A stretch of DNA of 64,000 nucleotides from Pecten maximus (GCF_902652985.1 NC_047030.1:4216001-4280000), one strand, 5' to 3'; shown: positions 27,773-54,374, counted from the stretch's first letter. Translations and numbers: made by a program. Notes: a model not told the origin generated them from the sequence alone.

Positions 27773-28119
27773 ATTACCTGATGGAGATTGATATCCTGAT
27801 GAATACTTGGTTGAAGGGCTGTGTTGTTTAAATGAACTATTCTCGCCAATTTCAAAGGTAAACCTTTAAAAGGTAAGATAAAGGTAAAAGGTAATATCCC
27901 AACACCTGTAGCATACTTGGCTAAAAAAAACTAACAATGTGGATACATGTAAAAGCAAAGTTGATTTTTGTGAAATTGCTCTTTGTATGTTACTTGCCCA
28001 TTCATTCATCCTAAAACAATTCTAATCACTATTTCGAAAGGTTCTGAATTTGACAGTTGAATTTTTTTGTTATCGCTTTTTCTCAATAGTTCCTTGTTCA
28101 GGTAGTCATGGTCACTTGT

Positions 28120-29325
28120 TTTCATTGTCAGTGTCTAACATTGGAACAATGGAATAGTGATCGATTGTCACTTGTATTTACTACCTAAGATCACTTGTGT
28201 TTATTGCCGTTTAAGGTCACTTCATCATTGTCCTTGTCATTGTATTCGTTGTCAAAGCCTGCTGACTACACTTTCCTGTTAAGGTCATTTGTCTTTGTTA
28301 TCTCAGTTGGTCACGTTTGTTTTCTATCAATGTAACTTGCCTTTGTTTTCTTAAAGGTAGTTTTCCTTTGTTTTCTATAAATATCGCCTGTTTTCCTTAC
28401 CAAAATTATTTGTCTTCCTTGTCTGTTAAGGTCCCTTGTCTTCCCTTTCTGGTAGGCCATTTGTTTTCTCTGCCAAGGTCATTTGTCTTTCCTGTCTGTC
28501 AGAGTTACTTATCTTTTCTGTTTGTCAATGTCACTTGTCTACCATGTCAGTTAATGTCATTTGTCTTCACTGTCTGTCAAGGTCATTTTTCTTCCTTGTC
28601 TAGGAAGGTTACATGTACATTTTGTATTGCCTGTGTGTCACTAAAGGTCATTTATCTTCCTTGGAAGAGTGACTTGTATTCTCTGTCTGTAGAGGTAATT
28701 TGTCTTCCCTGACTGGCAAGGTGACTTGTTTTTCCTTTCTGTCAAGGTCACTTCTCTTCTCTGTCTGTTAAGGTCATTTGTCTTCCCTGTCTGTCAAGGT
28801 AATTTTTTCCCTGCATGTCAAGGTCACTTGTCTTCTCTATCGGTCAATGCGATTTGTCTTCCTTGCATGTCAAGGCCATTTCTTTTCACTGTATGTCAAG
28901 GTTAATTGGCCCCATGTCTGTCAAGTAAATCTGTCTTCCATGTCTGTCAAGGTTACTTGTCTTGCCTGTGTGTCAAGGTCATTTGTCTTCCCTGTTTGTC
29001 AAGGTCACTTATCTTCTCCGTCTGTCAAAGTTACCTGTCTTCCTTGCGTGTCAAAGTTATTTGTCTTCAGTGTCCGTCAAGGTCATTTGTCTTGCCTGTG
29101 TGTCAAGGTCACTTGTCTTGCCTGTGTGTCATGTTCATTTGTCTTCTCATTCTTTCATTGTGACTTGTCTTTCGTTTCTGCCAAGATGACTTGTCTTCTC
29201 ATTCTGTCAAAGTCACTTATCCTTTCTGTCTGTCAAGGTCATTTGCCTTCCTTGACTGGCAGTGTGACTTGTCTTCTCTGTCTGTAGAGGTCATTTCTTT
29301 TCCCTGTTTGTCAAGGTCACTGGTC
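28120..29325. repeat. Degenerate 26-bp minisatellite, ~45 units
   Basis: Consensus GTCAAGGTCA(C/T)TTGTCTTCCCTGTCT; source of ORFs 28317-29287. Confidence 0.88.
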
Positions 29326-31614
29326 TCACCTGCAGACCCTCGTAAAATACTAAATACTGTCTAAGTAAGTGTATTATTTCGAAGCTTTTAATACGTTACA
29401 TTTATATTTTTATTTGTATCAACATAAATCGTTCTAGAATTTCGACCAACTTTCAGCGTAGTGGCGCGATTTTCACACGTATGGGCCGACTTTTGATTTG
29501 TTGAATGGCCAATGGCGAAATCACAAAGCATTTGACGTTTTGTGGTATGTATCGGCGAAAGGTAGAAATAGTTCTCCTAGGTTTCCAGTGCTAGTTTTAC
29601 CAGTGGTGGTTACACCTTCTTAACGACACATTTGGGCACGTGCTGAAAGTCACTGTTTATCAATTCCTATATTGTCGGTCTGCGTTTGAGGAGTATTTTT
29701 TTTCTCTCTTTTTACCAAACAACATAACCCCTTAATTACGAACGCGATTAGGTCACCAATAGATTTACAACATTATACATAAGTTTAAATGTTTACGAAT
29801 CCAATACTGATTGATACCGTGTATAGATGACAAACACTTCACAATGTAGAGATATAATGATTTTATATCTTTTGACATATGTAGTTTACAAGCTAAATAT
29901 TTTTGGCATTCATATATATTGTATGTGCATATGTTACGGTAGCGTGACTTCTTTTATACTATTACACCATGTTTCTTAATAAGGACACAATGCAAAGCTG
30001 TTTTTAGGATGTGGTCGAAAACACAAATGGTTTTGCCACTTATGAGTACAAATAACAGAATGGATAATGGGCCTTTAATAAAGCATTATTTAATTCTTTC
30101 CGCCGGGCTCTTGAAGCCATCCTGGATCACCCGCTAATTCCTGGATATTGCACTTCGGCACGGAATTCAGCCCGATCTAAGTGAGAGCGGCTGATTATGT
30201 TTATTTCCCCCAGGAAAAACGTACACACCTTGCTGTTGAAGCAAAACTTGAAATATTGAACTTAATTCTAACTGTGCTATAGCAATGTTCTGCGAATGGC
30301 GTTATTGTACAGGTAAAACATTACCGGTATAACTCGCTGTAGAGAATATCGATAAATACATGTTTCCATTGATATTGTAATCGACTGGTCTCTTGTCGCC
30401 AACCACACACGAATTAACATTCAATCTCCTAGGATTTTATGTTATATGTACAATTAACGATTTTCCCCGCCGACTTTAGATTGAGATTTGAGTCATAGTG
30501 TAACATTATACATGTAGTTGCCGGCTTTACGTTTGTCTCGATATATTTCGGCAGAAATTGTGGAAGCCCGTGTCTACTTAAACTGAACCATCATTGTAGT
30601 GTCGGATATTGAAGTGAAAAATGATTATTCTTCGGGCCTCTCGCTCTACAAGATATGATTTTTTTTTTAAATCTTTCAGCGACCTCCGTAAAATGAAACT
30701 CTTTTTTCCGAAAAAGAGGAAGGTACATGTACGTCGGTTGATTAAAAGTTGCATTTGCATAAAGTAAACAGTTAGTGAAATAAAAAAAGAAGAAGATCGT
30801 AGTCTTGGCGTAGTGGTTACGAAGTCGAATGCATTTCTTAGCTGGAGATTTGGCCGTCGCGAGTTCGAGGTCCGGTAAAGCAGGGATCATGTCGTATAGC
30901 CAAGGGCCATCGGTGTTTTGATGTGAATTCCCGGTCATAATTCCACAGTGTATGTGAAATTGAATATTTAAACTGTTCGGTTCAATTTGCAGGGAAATAG
31001 ATATAAGGATTTATGTTGAGTTAAAATAGCATCCGATACGTGTTGAAACGTTTGACATACAAGTGAATCTCGGGCCTGAAGTCTGCTGAAATTTATTGTA
31101 CTCCATGTAATTTCAGCATTCCTATAAGATCCTGATCTGTTCCCAAACTACATAATAATAATGTAGTTTCGAATTGAACGCGTGTATTGCCTAAATGAGA
31201 GGCTTATATGAATGCCAACATTTTAATTTCCCAGCAGAGCAGTTTACAGATTGCCAGAACATTGGCTTTTTTTCACAGCTAGTCTCGACTGCAATGCAGG
31301 ACCCGAGAATGTATTGCAGTCTAAATATATTTGCACCTATATTCCAGTGTGTATCACAGGGACCCGGGGACTGTACTGATAATTTGTTACAGCTTAAATG
31401 TATTAGGACCTATTCTAGTGTATCACAGGGACCTGAGAATTTTGTACAGCTAGAATGTATTTGGACCTATTTCACTACAGCATGACGTATTTGGACCTTT
31501 CCTAGTGTGCGTCTCAGGGACATGAGTTGACAGTCTCAGTGTATTTGTACCAGGGGAGGTTAACATGACACCCCTACGTGGTATACACACTATGGTACAT
31601 ACAGGTCTAAAGAC

Positions 31615-31846
31615 TTATTGGTTCGTTGGTTGGTTTTTGTTTAACGTCCTATTAACAGTCAGGGTCATTTAAGGACGTGCCAGGTTTTGGTGGTGGAGGA
31701 AAGCCGGAGTACCCGGAGAAAAACCACCGGTCTACGATCAGAACCTGGCAACTGCCCCACGTAGGTTTCGAACTCGCAACCCAGAGGTGGAGGGCTAGTG
31801 TTAAAGTGTCGGGACACCTTGACCACTCTGCCACCGCGGCCCCTAA
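31615..31846 (-). mobile_element. tRNA-derived V-domain SINE, copy 2
   Basis: Minus strand GGGGCCGCGGTGGCAGAGTGG (A box), GAGTTCGAAAC (B box), V-core CCGGTGGTTTTTCTCCGGGTACTCCGGC; 10-bp TSD GTCTAAAGAC at 31605-31614 and 31847-31856. Confidence 0.88.
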
Positions 31847-32048
31847 GTCTAAAGACACCTAGACTGTATTTCTACCACGGTATCCGTGCTTAATATATAC
31901 TGTATTATATTTCCAACATGAACGTGAAAGTTTATATAGGAAAAGCATTTTTGGTCTATTTCTTGGCCTATTTATGTATCACTTGGCATGGCCATGAGGA
32001 TTATCGAAATCGTATGCTGAATGTTGAGATGAAAATCACTTTGATAAG

Positions 32049-33305
32049 CTAAATGGCCTTCACACTATAAGCACGAAGATTCTTTCGACCATACTTGTGT
32101 AGTTGTTTGTTTTGGTGAATCCACCAGGCCCGTTCTAAGGTAGATGCCCGATCGTATCCGTGGGAGGCAATCACGTGTAGGAACCCCTCTCGACTGTACG
32201 GAAACTTGTGTATATGTACGCCCTTCATATTCGACGGACTTACATGCAACTTATAAGCAACTATTGAGATATACACATCGTCAAATATAAACTTCTTAGT
32301 AAAAGGAATTGCTAAATCTAGATCTATAACAAAATCAATAGAAAATAACATGAATCCCGCTGCAATGAAATCGGGGTAACGATCGAATGGATAATCCTCC
32401 CGGGAAATATACCATTTATTGTGTTCATTTCTGATCGGACGTCCATTTTCCCACATAGCTCCTCTGTAAAAGGAAGTCCTTTCATACTTCTCTACATTTT
32501 CAGTGTAATACACCAAGCGGTCTGGGGCAATGTAAAAATCATCATCAGTAAATAAGACGAATTTTGATTGGTTGCAATGATTTCGCGCCCATTTAATTCC
32601 ACCAACCGTCTTCAGTGTATTATTGTAGTAGTCGTCATAAAATGACATCTGTATGATGTCACCATAACTGTTATGTTCCCGCTTTATTTGGCGTTGATAC
32701 ATCACGTGCTTTGTTGACCCTAACAGAAACAGGGTCACTATCCCTGAACTTGTACTTGTGTTGTTTCCCCAAGTGTTACGGATCATTTCCCGTCTTTTAA
32801 AATGGGTAACTCCAGATTTCACTACAATCAGCAGACGAACATTCCTTGTTTCACACATCCATGTAGGAGATTTGATAAAAGTATGTGGATAGGTGAATAT
32901 TGGTTTAGCAGATACATCCCTGTTAGTCTTTAATTTGGATACTAAATCGTTCATATCAATTTCCAGAGGGTATTCAAAGTTATTGAAGGGGATATAGCCA
33001 TGAACATCTGTACCACTTTTGGAATTTGCAGAATTTATTTGACACAAATTAAAACTTTTCATCGTTGAATTCTGATTGACGCAACTTACTGAATCATTCG
33101 ATTGAATGATGTCAGTCCTTGAACCTGTAAAACTTTTCTTTGAATTCATGAAGGTTATCCACTGCAGCCAGTACGCTGTCATGTGATGTTTCCGTGTGTT
33201 TCTGTCTGTCAGTTTAAGGTAAAGAAGGAAATATGTGAACGTAGCCAATATTATTAAGCCCCACACCAGTCCAGCGTGTTTCCATGGGCACAGGCGTGAC
33301 GTCAT
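32049..33305 (-). CDS. GT31 beta-1,3-glycosyltransferase, brainiac/BRE-5-like, type II membrane protein, 418 aa, single coding exon
   Basis: Acceptor TTTTCCACAG near 33341-33343, first ATG 33305; N-terminal TM; RREMIRNTWG, YGDIIQMSFYDDYYNNTLKT, LFTDDDFY (DxD), KWYISREDYPFDRYP, FIFDDVY, VIASHGY resemble brainiac-clade GT31. Confidence 0.88.
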   Translation of the reverse strand: MTSRLCPWKHAGLVWGLIILATFTYFLLYLKLTDRNTRKHHMTAYWLQWITFMNSKKSFTGSRTDIIQSNDSVSCVNQNSTMKSFNLCQINSANSKSGTDVHGYIPFNNFEYPLEIDMNDLVSKLKTNRDVSAKPIFTYPHTFIKSPTWMCETRNVRLLIVVKSGVTHFKRREMIRNTWGNNTSTSSGIVTLFLLGSTKHVMYQRQIKREHNSYGDIIQMSFYDDYYNNTLKTVGGIKWARNHCNQSKFVLFTDDDFYIAPDRLVYYTENVEKYERTSFYRGAMWENGRPIRNEHNKWYISREDYPFDRYPDFIAAGFMLFSIDFVIDLDLAIPFTKKFIFDDVYISIVAYKLHVSPSNMKGVHIHKFPYSREGFLHVIASHGYDRASTLERAWWIHQNKQLHKYGRKNLRAYSVKAI

Positions 33306-33536
33306 GGCTTTAGACGTCACGACTCTCACCGCACATTGATCTGTGGAAAACAATAACGGTATGTTAGTTATATTTGTTACCTGACCCTCTATTTAAATGA
33401 AAATTAAGTATTTACGACTGATGACTGTCAATATTTTAACTGTTAACTGGCGAGGAACATCCACACGCGCCCAAACAAATGATTACGTTTAGCCTAAGCG
33501 TCTTTCTGTCGTGATTTGAAACAGTATCTCAAATAA

Positions 33537-34832
33537 AGTCCGACCATATACCGCCCTCACCATAAAATAAATACAGTCAGACCATATAGCCCTCACTATA
33601 ATACAAATGCAGTCAGACTATACCGCCCTCACCATTATGCAAATACAGTCAGACTATACCGCCCTCACCATTATGCAAATACAGTCAGACCATACCGCCC
33701 TCACCATTATACAAATACAGTCAGACCATACCGCCCTCACCATTATACAAATACATTCAGACCATACCGCCCTCACCATGATACAAATACAGCAAAACCA
33801 TATAGCCCTCACTATAATACAAATACAAAATAATGTACAGTCAGACCATAGCGCCCTCGCCCTTTTACAAATACAGTCAGTCCGTAGCGCCCTCACATAA
33901 TACAATTAAAGTCAGACCACAGCGCCCTCACCATAATACAATTACAGTCAGACCACAGCGCCCTCACCATAATATATTACAGTCAGACCTTAGCGCTCTC
34001 GTCATAATACATCATAATAAATTACAGCCAGACCTTAGCGCCCTCGTCATAATACATCATAATAGATTACAGCCAGACCTTAGCGCCCTCGTCATAATAC
34101 ATCATAATAAATTACAGTCAGACCTTAGCGCCCTCGTCATAATACATCATAATAGATTAGTCAGACCTTAACGCCCTCGTCATAACATCATAATAAATTA
34201 AAGTGAGACCTTAGCGCCCTCGTCATAATACATCATAATAAATTACAGTCAGACCTTAGCGCCCTCGTCATAATACATCATAATAGATTACAGTCAGACC
34301 TTAGCGCCTTCGTCATAATACACCATAATAGATTACAGTCAGACCTTAGCGCCCTCGTCATAATACACCATAATAGATTAGAGTCAGACCATAGCGACCT
34401 CGTCATAATACATCATAATAGATTAGAGTCAGACCTTAGCGCCCTCGTCATAATACATCATAATAGATTACAGTCAGACCATAGCGCCCTCGTCATAATA
34501 CACCATAATAGATTAGAGTCAGACCAAGCGCCCTCGTCATAATACATCATAATAGATTACAGTCAGACCTTAGCGCCCTCGTCATAATATACATCATAAT
34601 AAATTACAGTCAGACCTTAGCGCCCTCGTCATAATACATCATAATAAATTACAGTCAGACCATAGCGCCCTCGTCATAATACATCTTAATAGATTAGTCA
34701 GACCATAGCTCCCTCGTCATAATACATCATAATAGATTACAGTCAGACCTTAGCGCCCTCGTCATAATACATAATAAAATATTACAGTCAGACCTTAGCG
34801 CCCTCGTCATAATACATCATAATAGATTAGTC
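33537..34832. repeat. Compound minisatellite, 36-bp units grading into 45-bp units
   Basis: CAGTCAGACCATACCGCCCTCACCATTATACAAATA (36) then CAGTCAGACCTTAGCGCCCTCGTCATAATACATCATAATAGATTA (45). Confidence 0.92.
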
Positions 34833-35302
34833 AGCTCATTGTATTTTGACCATACCGTAATTACAAACTATAACTCCCTTGTAAGAGAACAATCACGGAA
34901 TGAAACCAAAGTGCCCTCGCGATGCTATTATCAATGTAATCCCCCTGACCAGAATACACTATTCAAACAAATCATACAAAAGGTTTATATTACTATACCT
35001 TATAAACCTGCTGCTGGCCGATACAATGCGCCACGTGTCTTTGCTATGGGGAAATGTCTTGACAGAGATAATAATGAAATGATATTTCGGACTCGTATTC
35101 CCCATCGCCACAAAACATATGTACCAGCCTCAGCACGTGGCACCGTGCCTGAGGAAATGTAGAAGCCGCATTACAGGGACACAGCACACAGACATGTATC
35201 GATTGCCAGCTGTTCATAACGTCAACACACTCACAGTATCGATGTTGGTTTTGCCATTTCCGTATAAAAGTTTCTTGGATTTATATATATATATATATAA
35301 AG

Positions 35303-35575
35303 CTATATTGGTGTTATAAAGAGTTATTGGTGTTTTAAAGAGTTATTGGTGTTTTAAAGAGTTGTTGGTGTTTTAAAGAGTTATTGGTGTTATAAAGATA
35401 TATTGGTGTTTTAAAGAGTTATTGGTGTTATAAAGATTATTGGTGTTTTAAAGAGTTATTGGTGTTTTTAATTAAAGAGTTGTTGGTGTTTTTAATTAAA
35501 GAGTTGTTGGTGTTTTAAAGAGTTATTGGTGTTATAAAGAGTTACTGGTGTTTTAAAGAGTTATTGGTGTTATAC
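35303..35575. repeat. 19-bp minisatellite, ~14 copies
   Basis: AAAGAGTTATTGGTGTTTT units. Confidence 0.9.
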
Positions 35576-36622
35576 AGACGAAATCTGAAATGTTACTCAT
35601 AATAAAGCTTCTTTAAAGATATATTTTTGAGTAGCTATATAACAGGTGCGCTATGTATTTTGTTTTAATATCATGTCTCCAATTTCAAATACCCCGGTAT
35701 AACGACTCATTGTTTTTTATGAAGGATGTTGTTCCTTTCTTGCCATATGTTTTTTTTTAATCTTACAATTCTACGCTCATAGACCCTTTTTTGAGTTTAT
35801 AAATTCTTTAAACTGATATAGAAGCTTATGGTAACGCTTATCATTCTCATTTCCATGTGAAAACAAAGATTTTTCTCTGAAATCAAATAATGCTTTTTAA
35901 CGAAAATCTTATTCAACGGATCTGGGGCCTACCTACCAATATTTCGATTTCGACGTGGAACCAATTCTATAACGTTTGATTCTAAATATAGAAGTATACC
36001 TTAATGTTCTGTAGAGTAATCAGTATAGGGTTCAACAGTTTCAACAATGCCACAAACAGAAAACAGATCTGTATCACATGTAGAACTTCATTCTATGGTT
36101 CAATATGATGTGTATGTATCAGACGTAGAACTTGTGTATCAGATGCAGAACTTCTTTTTACAGTTTAATATGACGTGTATTTGATTTATTTTATGCATGT
36201 TATGAAAAGTAGTGTAAATGGTGAAGAAGCACCCAAGTCAACAGATCAGGCTAAACCGCACAAACCAGTCATGCTCTCGCCAGTCGGCTACTTTAGATTT
36301 GTAAAATGTCAAATTTAACATTGTTTTGACACCACTTCGTCGGCTGACCGTGTCTGCCTTACCTGATCAAATGGTACTCTTGAAGAGCTATTTGTACAAT
36401 CAACATGATCAACCGCTGTGAGTCAACGAAGACACTGCTGCACACTGGGCCAGGACAAAGTCGACGCCGGTTTACAGGGTAGATTTACTAGTGCAAAAAT
36501 GGAACAGGGCTTGAAATAGGACCGAATTACTGAATAGACATAGTCCGAATTAGCCACAATTATACCACTATAGATCAATTCGACCGGTTTAGACAAAGAT
36601 CCCGATTGAACCGAGTTCGGTT

Positions 36623-37058
36623 TAGCCCGAGTTTCCTCTGGTCCTGACACCATTTATAGCCCGAATTTCCTCTGGTCCTGACACCATTTATAGCCCGAAT
36701 TTCCTCTGGCCCTGACACCATTTATAGCCCGAGTTTCCTCTGGTCCTGACCCCATTTATAGCCCGAGTTTCCTCTGGTCCTGACACCATTTATAGCCCTA
36801 ATTTTCACTGGTCCTGACACCATTTATAGTACGAATTTTCTCTGGTCCTGATACAATTTCTGGTGTAGGGCTATAACCCGAGTTTCCTCTGGTCCTGACA
36901 CCAATTATAGCCCGAGTTTCCTCTGGTCTTAACACCATTTATAGCCCGAGATTCCTCTGGCCCTGACACCATTTATAGCCCGAGATTCCGCTCTTGCCCC
37001 GATACCATGTCTGGTGAAGCCCTACACCAGAAGTGGTGTCAGGGCCAGAGGAAACCCG
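36623..37058. repeat. 34-bp tandem array (~11 units) ending in an inverted copy
   Basis: TAGCCCGAGTTTCCTCTGGTCCTGACACCATTTA units; inverted TGGTGTCAGGGCCAGAGGAAAC at ~37034-37055; single related copy at ~19663-19710. Confidence 0.88.
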
Positions 37059-37699
37059 TTAAAATTAGAGATATCTGAATAAGAAAACCCCAAATGGCTT
37101 GCCATAGACCGGTTTATTTATGTTTAACATGGCGGACATTGTTTTGTGAACTTACGGCTGTAACTAGCATCATAGATATTAACAAAATGATATTGATTGG
37201 ATTACTCTGCGGTTATTGCAATGAGATTTGGAAACGAAAGTTAACCGATTAGAAAATTAAGCTATATAATTTATAAAGCACATATCTTGTTAGTCATAAT
37301 TTGAGTAAAAAGATCTATTTACATATATCTCAAAATAATTTATTATCAACCTAAAAAAATAGGTCTTATAGTCTGGTAACGCGGGATATTTTAGACTTAT
37401 AATAGGTATTTAAATTGAATGATGTCGGTCTGTCTTATAAAACATATATTATTTACATCCAAACTAGGAACCATCTCTTACCTGTGAAACGAATAAATTA
37501 CACCAGCTACAAAAGATGTCCTTGGAGAATACATAATTTGGCCTTATAAAACGCGGCCAGTTTCCAAATATAGCATGTACATGTATATGATATCTTTTTA
37601 TTATGCCTCACGTCATTAGAAGTCGTTAGCGAACGAAGGCATTGTTGTACTCACCGTGGATTTCGGCTGCAGCACACTGCAGCACACGCTTACAATACG

Positions 37700-38200
37700 G
37701 TTTTAGACGACATTGATCACACAGGCTTCACCCAAGAGGACCGTATACTAAAGTACGTAAAACGTCATTCCAAGCTATCACACATGTTCCACTCCCGAGG
37801 ACTGTAAACAAATCCAACATATCACACAGGCCCCACTCCAGAGGACCGTGCACGGATGCAGCAAGGTTCTAGACGACTGATCATTCAGATAACTGCGTAC
37901 TGATGCACCAAGGTTCCAGATGACATTGATCACACATGACCTACTCCCGTGGACCTTGTACTGATGCAGTAAGGTTCTAGACGACATTAATCAAACAGGT
38001 TCCACTCCAGGGGACCGTGTACTGATGAAGCAAGGTTTAAGACGACACCGAACACACAGGTTCTACTCCAGAGGACCGTGTACTGATGAAGCAGGGTTTA
38101 AGACGACACCGAACACACAGGTTCTACTCCAGAGGACCGTGTACTGATACAGCAAGGATCTAGACGACATTGATCACACAGGTCCCACTTCCGAGGACCA
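37700..38200. repeat. ~61-bp degenerate tandem repeat, ~7-8 copies
   Basis: GACGACA..CACACAGG..ACTCCAGAGGACCGTGTACTGATG.AGCAAGG units, e.g. 38041 and 38102. Confidence 0.8.
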
Positions 38201-39374
38201 TATATGCTTGTGAAAGGCATACGTTATTTCATGTTGTATAGAGCATGAATGTAGATATTTAGAGTTAGAGTTTTTAGAGTTAGGGTTAGGTGACAAGTTT
38301 CTTGACGACGTCGAATAAACACCATTCCAGACGACCAATCACTATCAATCGGAACACCTCGCCTTCGTCTGCCAACGTAGAAAATGACGAAGGGTTCCGA
38401 TTGTAAATACTCTGAAAAACTTTTGAGCGACGTTGATTATATGCATTACTCCCGAGAACCGTAAACCTTTCCGGCGACCATGGCCATCAGAATTGAGCAA
38501 GGTCACGGACGATGTTGACGTACACATGCGTTCTATTTCCGATGATGTAATGTAACTTTATTGGTTATACCCGTATCAATTACGCTTGTTGGCCCGGATG
38601 GAAGCGATAATCTTTATCGATGGGGAAATTAATACCGTGGGACTTTGTGGAAATTATAATAGAAAACATGTCTCCTACACCGAAATATATCTCGTATCTA
38701 CTGCTTATAATATGTGTGTTAATAATAATTAACGATGGATGGGTGATTGAATGAAATAACAGTGATGGGAATAAAATCTACAAAATTCCATCTAACTTGC
38801 CTACCCATCAAATATGGATTTTATTGTTGCCAAATGAAACTCTTTAAATAGATACTGTGCGGAATGCTGATTAATTATGTAGACTTGTGACCCTTTTAAA
38901 AAACACAAATCTGCTTAACTGCGAGTCTATGACGCACACGCCCTGCCAGGTATGTATATCTGAACCTCGTATCGACCGGTTCTAATGCAGCAAGTGAGTG
39001 TGGGTTGTTTTGTGTGTTTGCCTTTCTTGAATCTACTGGCGATATTTCATACTTGAAATCTATCGATTTTTCGTAGCGATGCTTCCTGATATCTTCATTA
39101 ATAGTCATTAATACAACCGAGGTAATTATTTTTAATTACTGAAGTAAGGATCGAACTAGGGAAATCTGGCTTCCGTGACTACCGCTGCACCAAAGTGTCC
39201 AAAGAGAGACTGTCCTCAGCCGAATCAGTAGGAAGTAGCTCGTGTCTTGGTTTAATGTACCATGGTAGTATTCATAAAGTTGGCAGGAATATTTAATTTA
39301 AAATTAACAAAGATATGTATTTCTCAGTTTTTAATGATTAAAAAAATAACACACATAGAATCTAGACGTTGTCT

Positions 39375-53057
<13,683 letters not shown>

Positions 53058-53327
53058 CTGAAAGCTGAATAAGTAATAACTGAGGTCAACATGGCGTCAT
53101 TAAAATATGACTGGATTTGCTACCTTATCCGGGTTTTGTCATTTCAGAGAGGTCACGCTTTTATTCACGGAGTCGAAATTCACACCTCCGCCATCAGTAG
53201 TCTACGAACATCTTTTTCATACTTTTCGCTTATTTTCTCATGAATATGACTTATACGATAAGAAGAATCTTATCCCCCTGTCAGTGTCAAAAAGCTCGTG
53301 ATATATCAAAGTAGTTGAAATCTTTAA

Positions 53328-53962
53328 AGGGGCATTCCTTTGTTCGAACACCAGAGTGTATTGTACATTAATTTATAAGATTTATGAATGAAATTAGCTT
53401 ACACTCATATTTATGATTAACTGTGATGGTATAAATATCTTATGTAAAGGAAATACGCAAAACTCTGCCGCTCTGCATCCGAACTGGAACATCTAGATAT
53501 CACGTAACACCATCAGTTCGCCAAAAGTTACACCATGAGGTAATATTTTGTTATAGTGATTTGTCAGCACGGTAACAAGTGTATCTTCAAGCAGAAGTTT
53601 ATTACGAACCTGTCAGTCTGTTGCGTCGACTATCAATTTATCCCGCAGAACTTTCCAGAAGCAATGCGAATTCCTCGTTCGACTCGACTGACTAATCGCT
53701 TACTCGGTGAGCCATGTACGCCATTTTCGTTTATGTTCGTGCGCATGCTCGTATTAATATTCGATGGCGGCAATTAATTTTCGCACATCGGGTCGAAGTC
53801 ACATTTTTCAAAAACTTTTATTTTTAAGAACTTTGGGTTATCTTCTGGCTTTGGGTGTTGTATTACGGTAAAGTTTATACTTGGACTAGTTTAGAAAAAT
53901 ACAAGATTCCCGTTTACTTTTGTTTTTATAGCATAAACTCATTTCAACGACGGAATGCCCCT
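53328..53962. mobile_element. Kolobok-like MITE (TTAA target)
   Basis: TTAA|AGGGGCATTCC ... GGAATGCCCCT|TTAA. Confidence 0.78.
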
Positions 53963-54374
53963 TTAAAATTTTTGATAATGTTTGATCATATAGAGTCTAT
54001 ACATCGAAAATAAGGGGGAAGGGCGATAACTCCCACTGGTTTCGGATGTCGGGCAAGCATTTGTTTTTCATAAAGCATGAATAACTATAGAATGTTCGTT
54101 TTTATATTATACAAAAGGCTGTTCATGAACTGATGATATTTATATTCAGACTTGTTCCAGACTTTTTTTTCGAGCCTTTGCGAGCAAAACGTAAAACGTC
54201 GAGACGAGTTTCATTGAAAAAAAATCTCATATTAATTAAAAATAAATTTGAGATATTTTTTCACCACACTAACTCAGGTCTTACATTTTAACAGATTTCA
54301 ATTGGGAAAGTGAGTTGGGGGCATATTACGTAGGCTGTCTTTTTTCTGCACTTTCGATTAAGACGTTACAACGT

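Noticed and set aside
28317-29287. Cys/Leu/Val-rich ORFs resembling zinc-finger or membrane proteins
   Set aside because: Translations of the 26-bp repeat in several frames
30796-30880. tRNA gene (TGGCGTAGTGGTTA..GAGTTCGAGG), and the similar head at 8185-8235
   Set aside because: A/B-box-like motifs but no convincing cloverleaf by eye; probably decayed SINE heads. tRNAscan-SE would decide
33306-33353. ORF-track N-terminal extensions of GT31 (33353), TRAIP exon 2 (22668) and GH9-B (59793)
   Set aside because: Non-ATG starts that run across splice acceptors into intron sequence
33607-34171. Repetitive ORFs, also those at 39640-39990, 41287-41472 and 60318-60509
   Set aside because: All coincide with minisatellites; no splice or homology support
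38258-38291. Interstitial telomere (TTAGAG/TTAGGG)
   Set aside because: Only one perfect TTAGGG among a few degenerate units; too short to be meaningful
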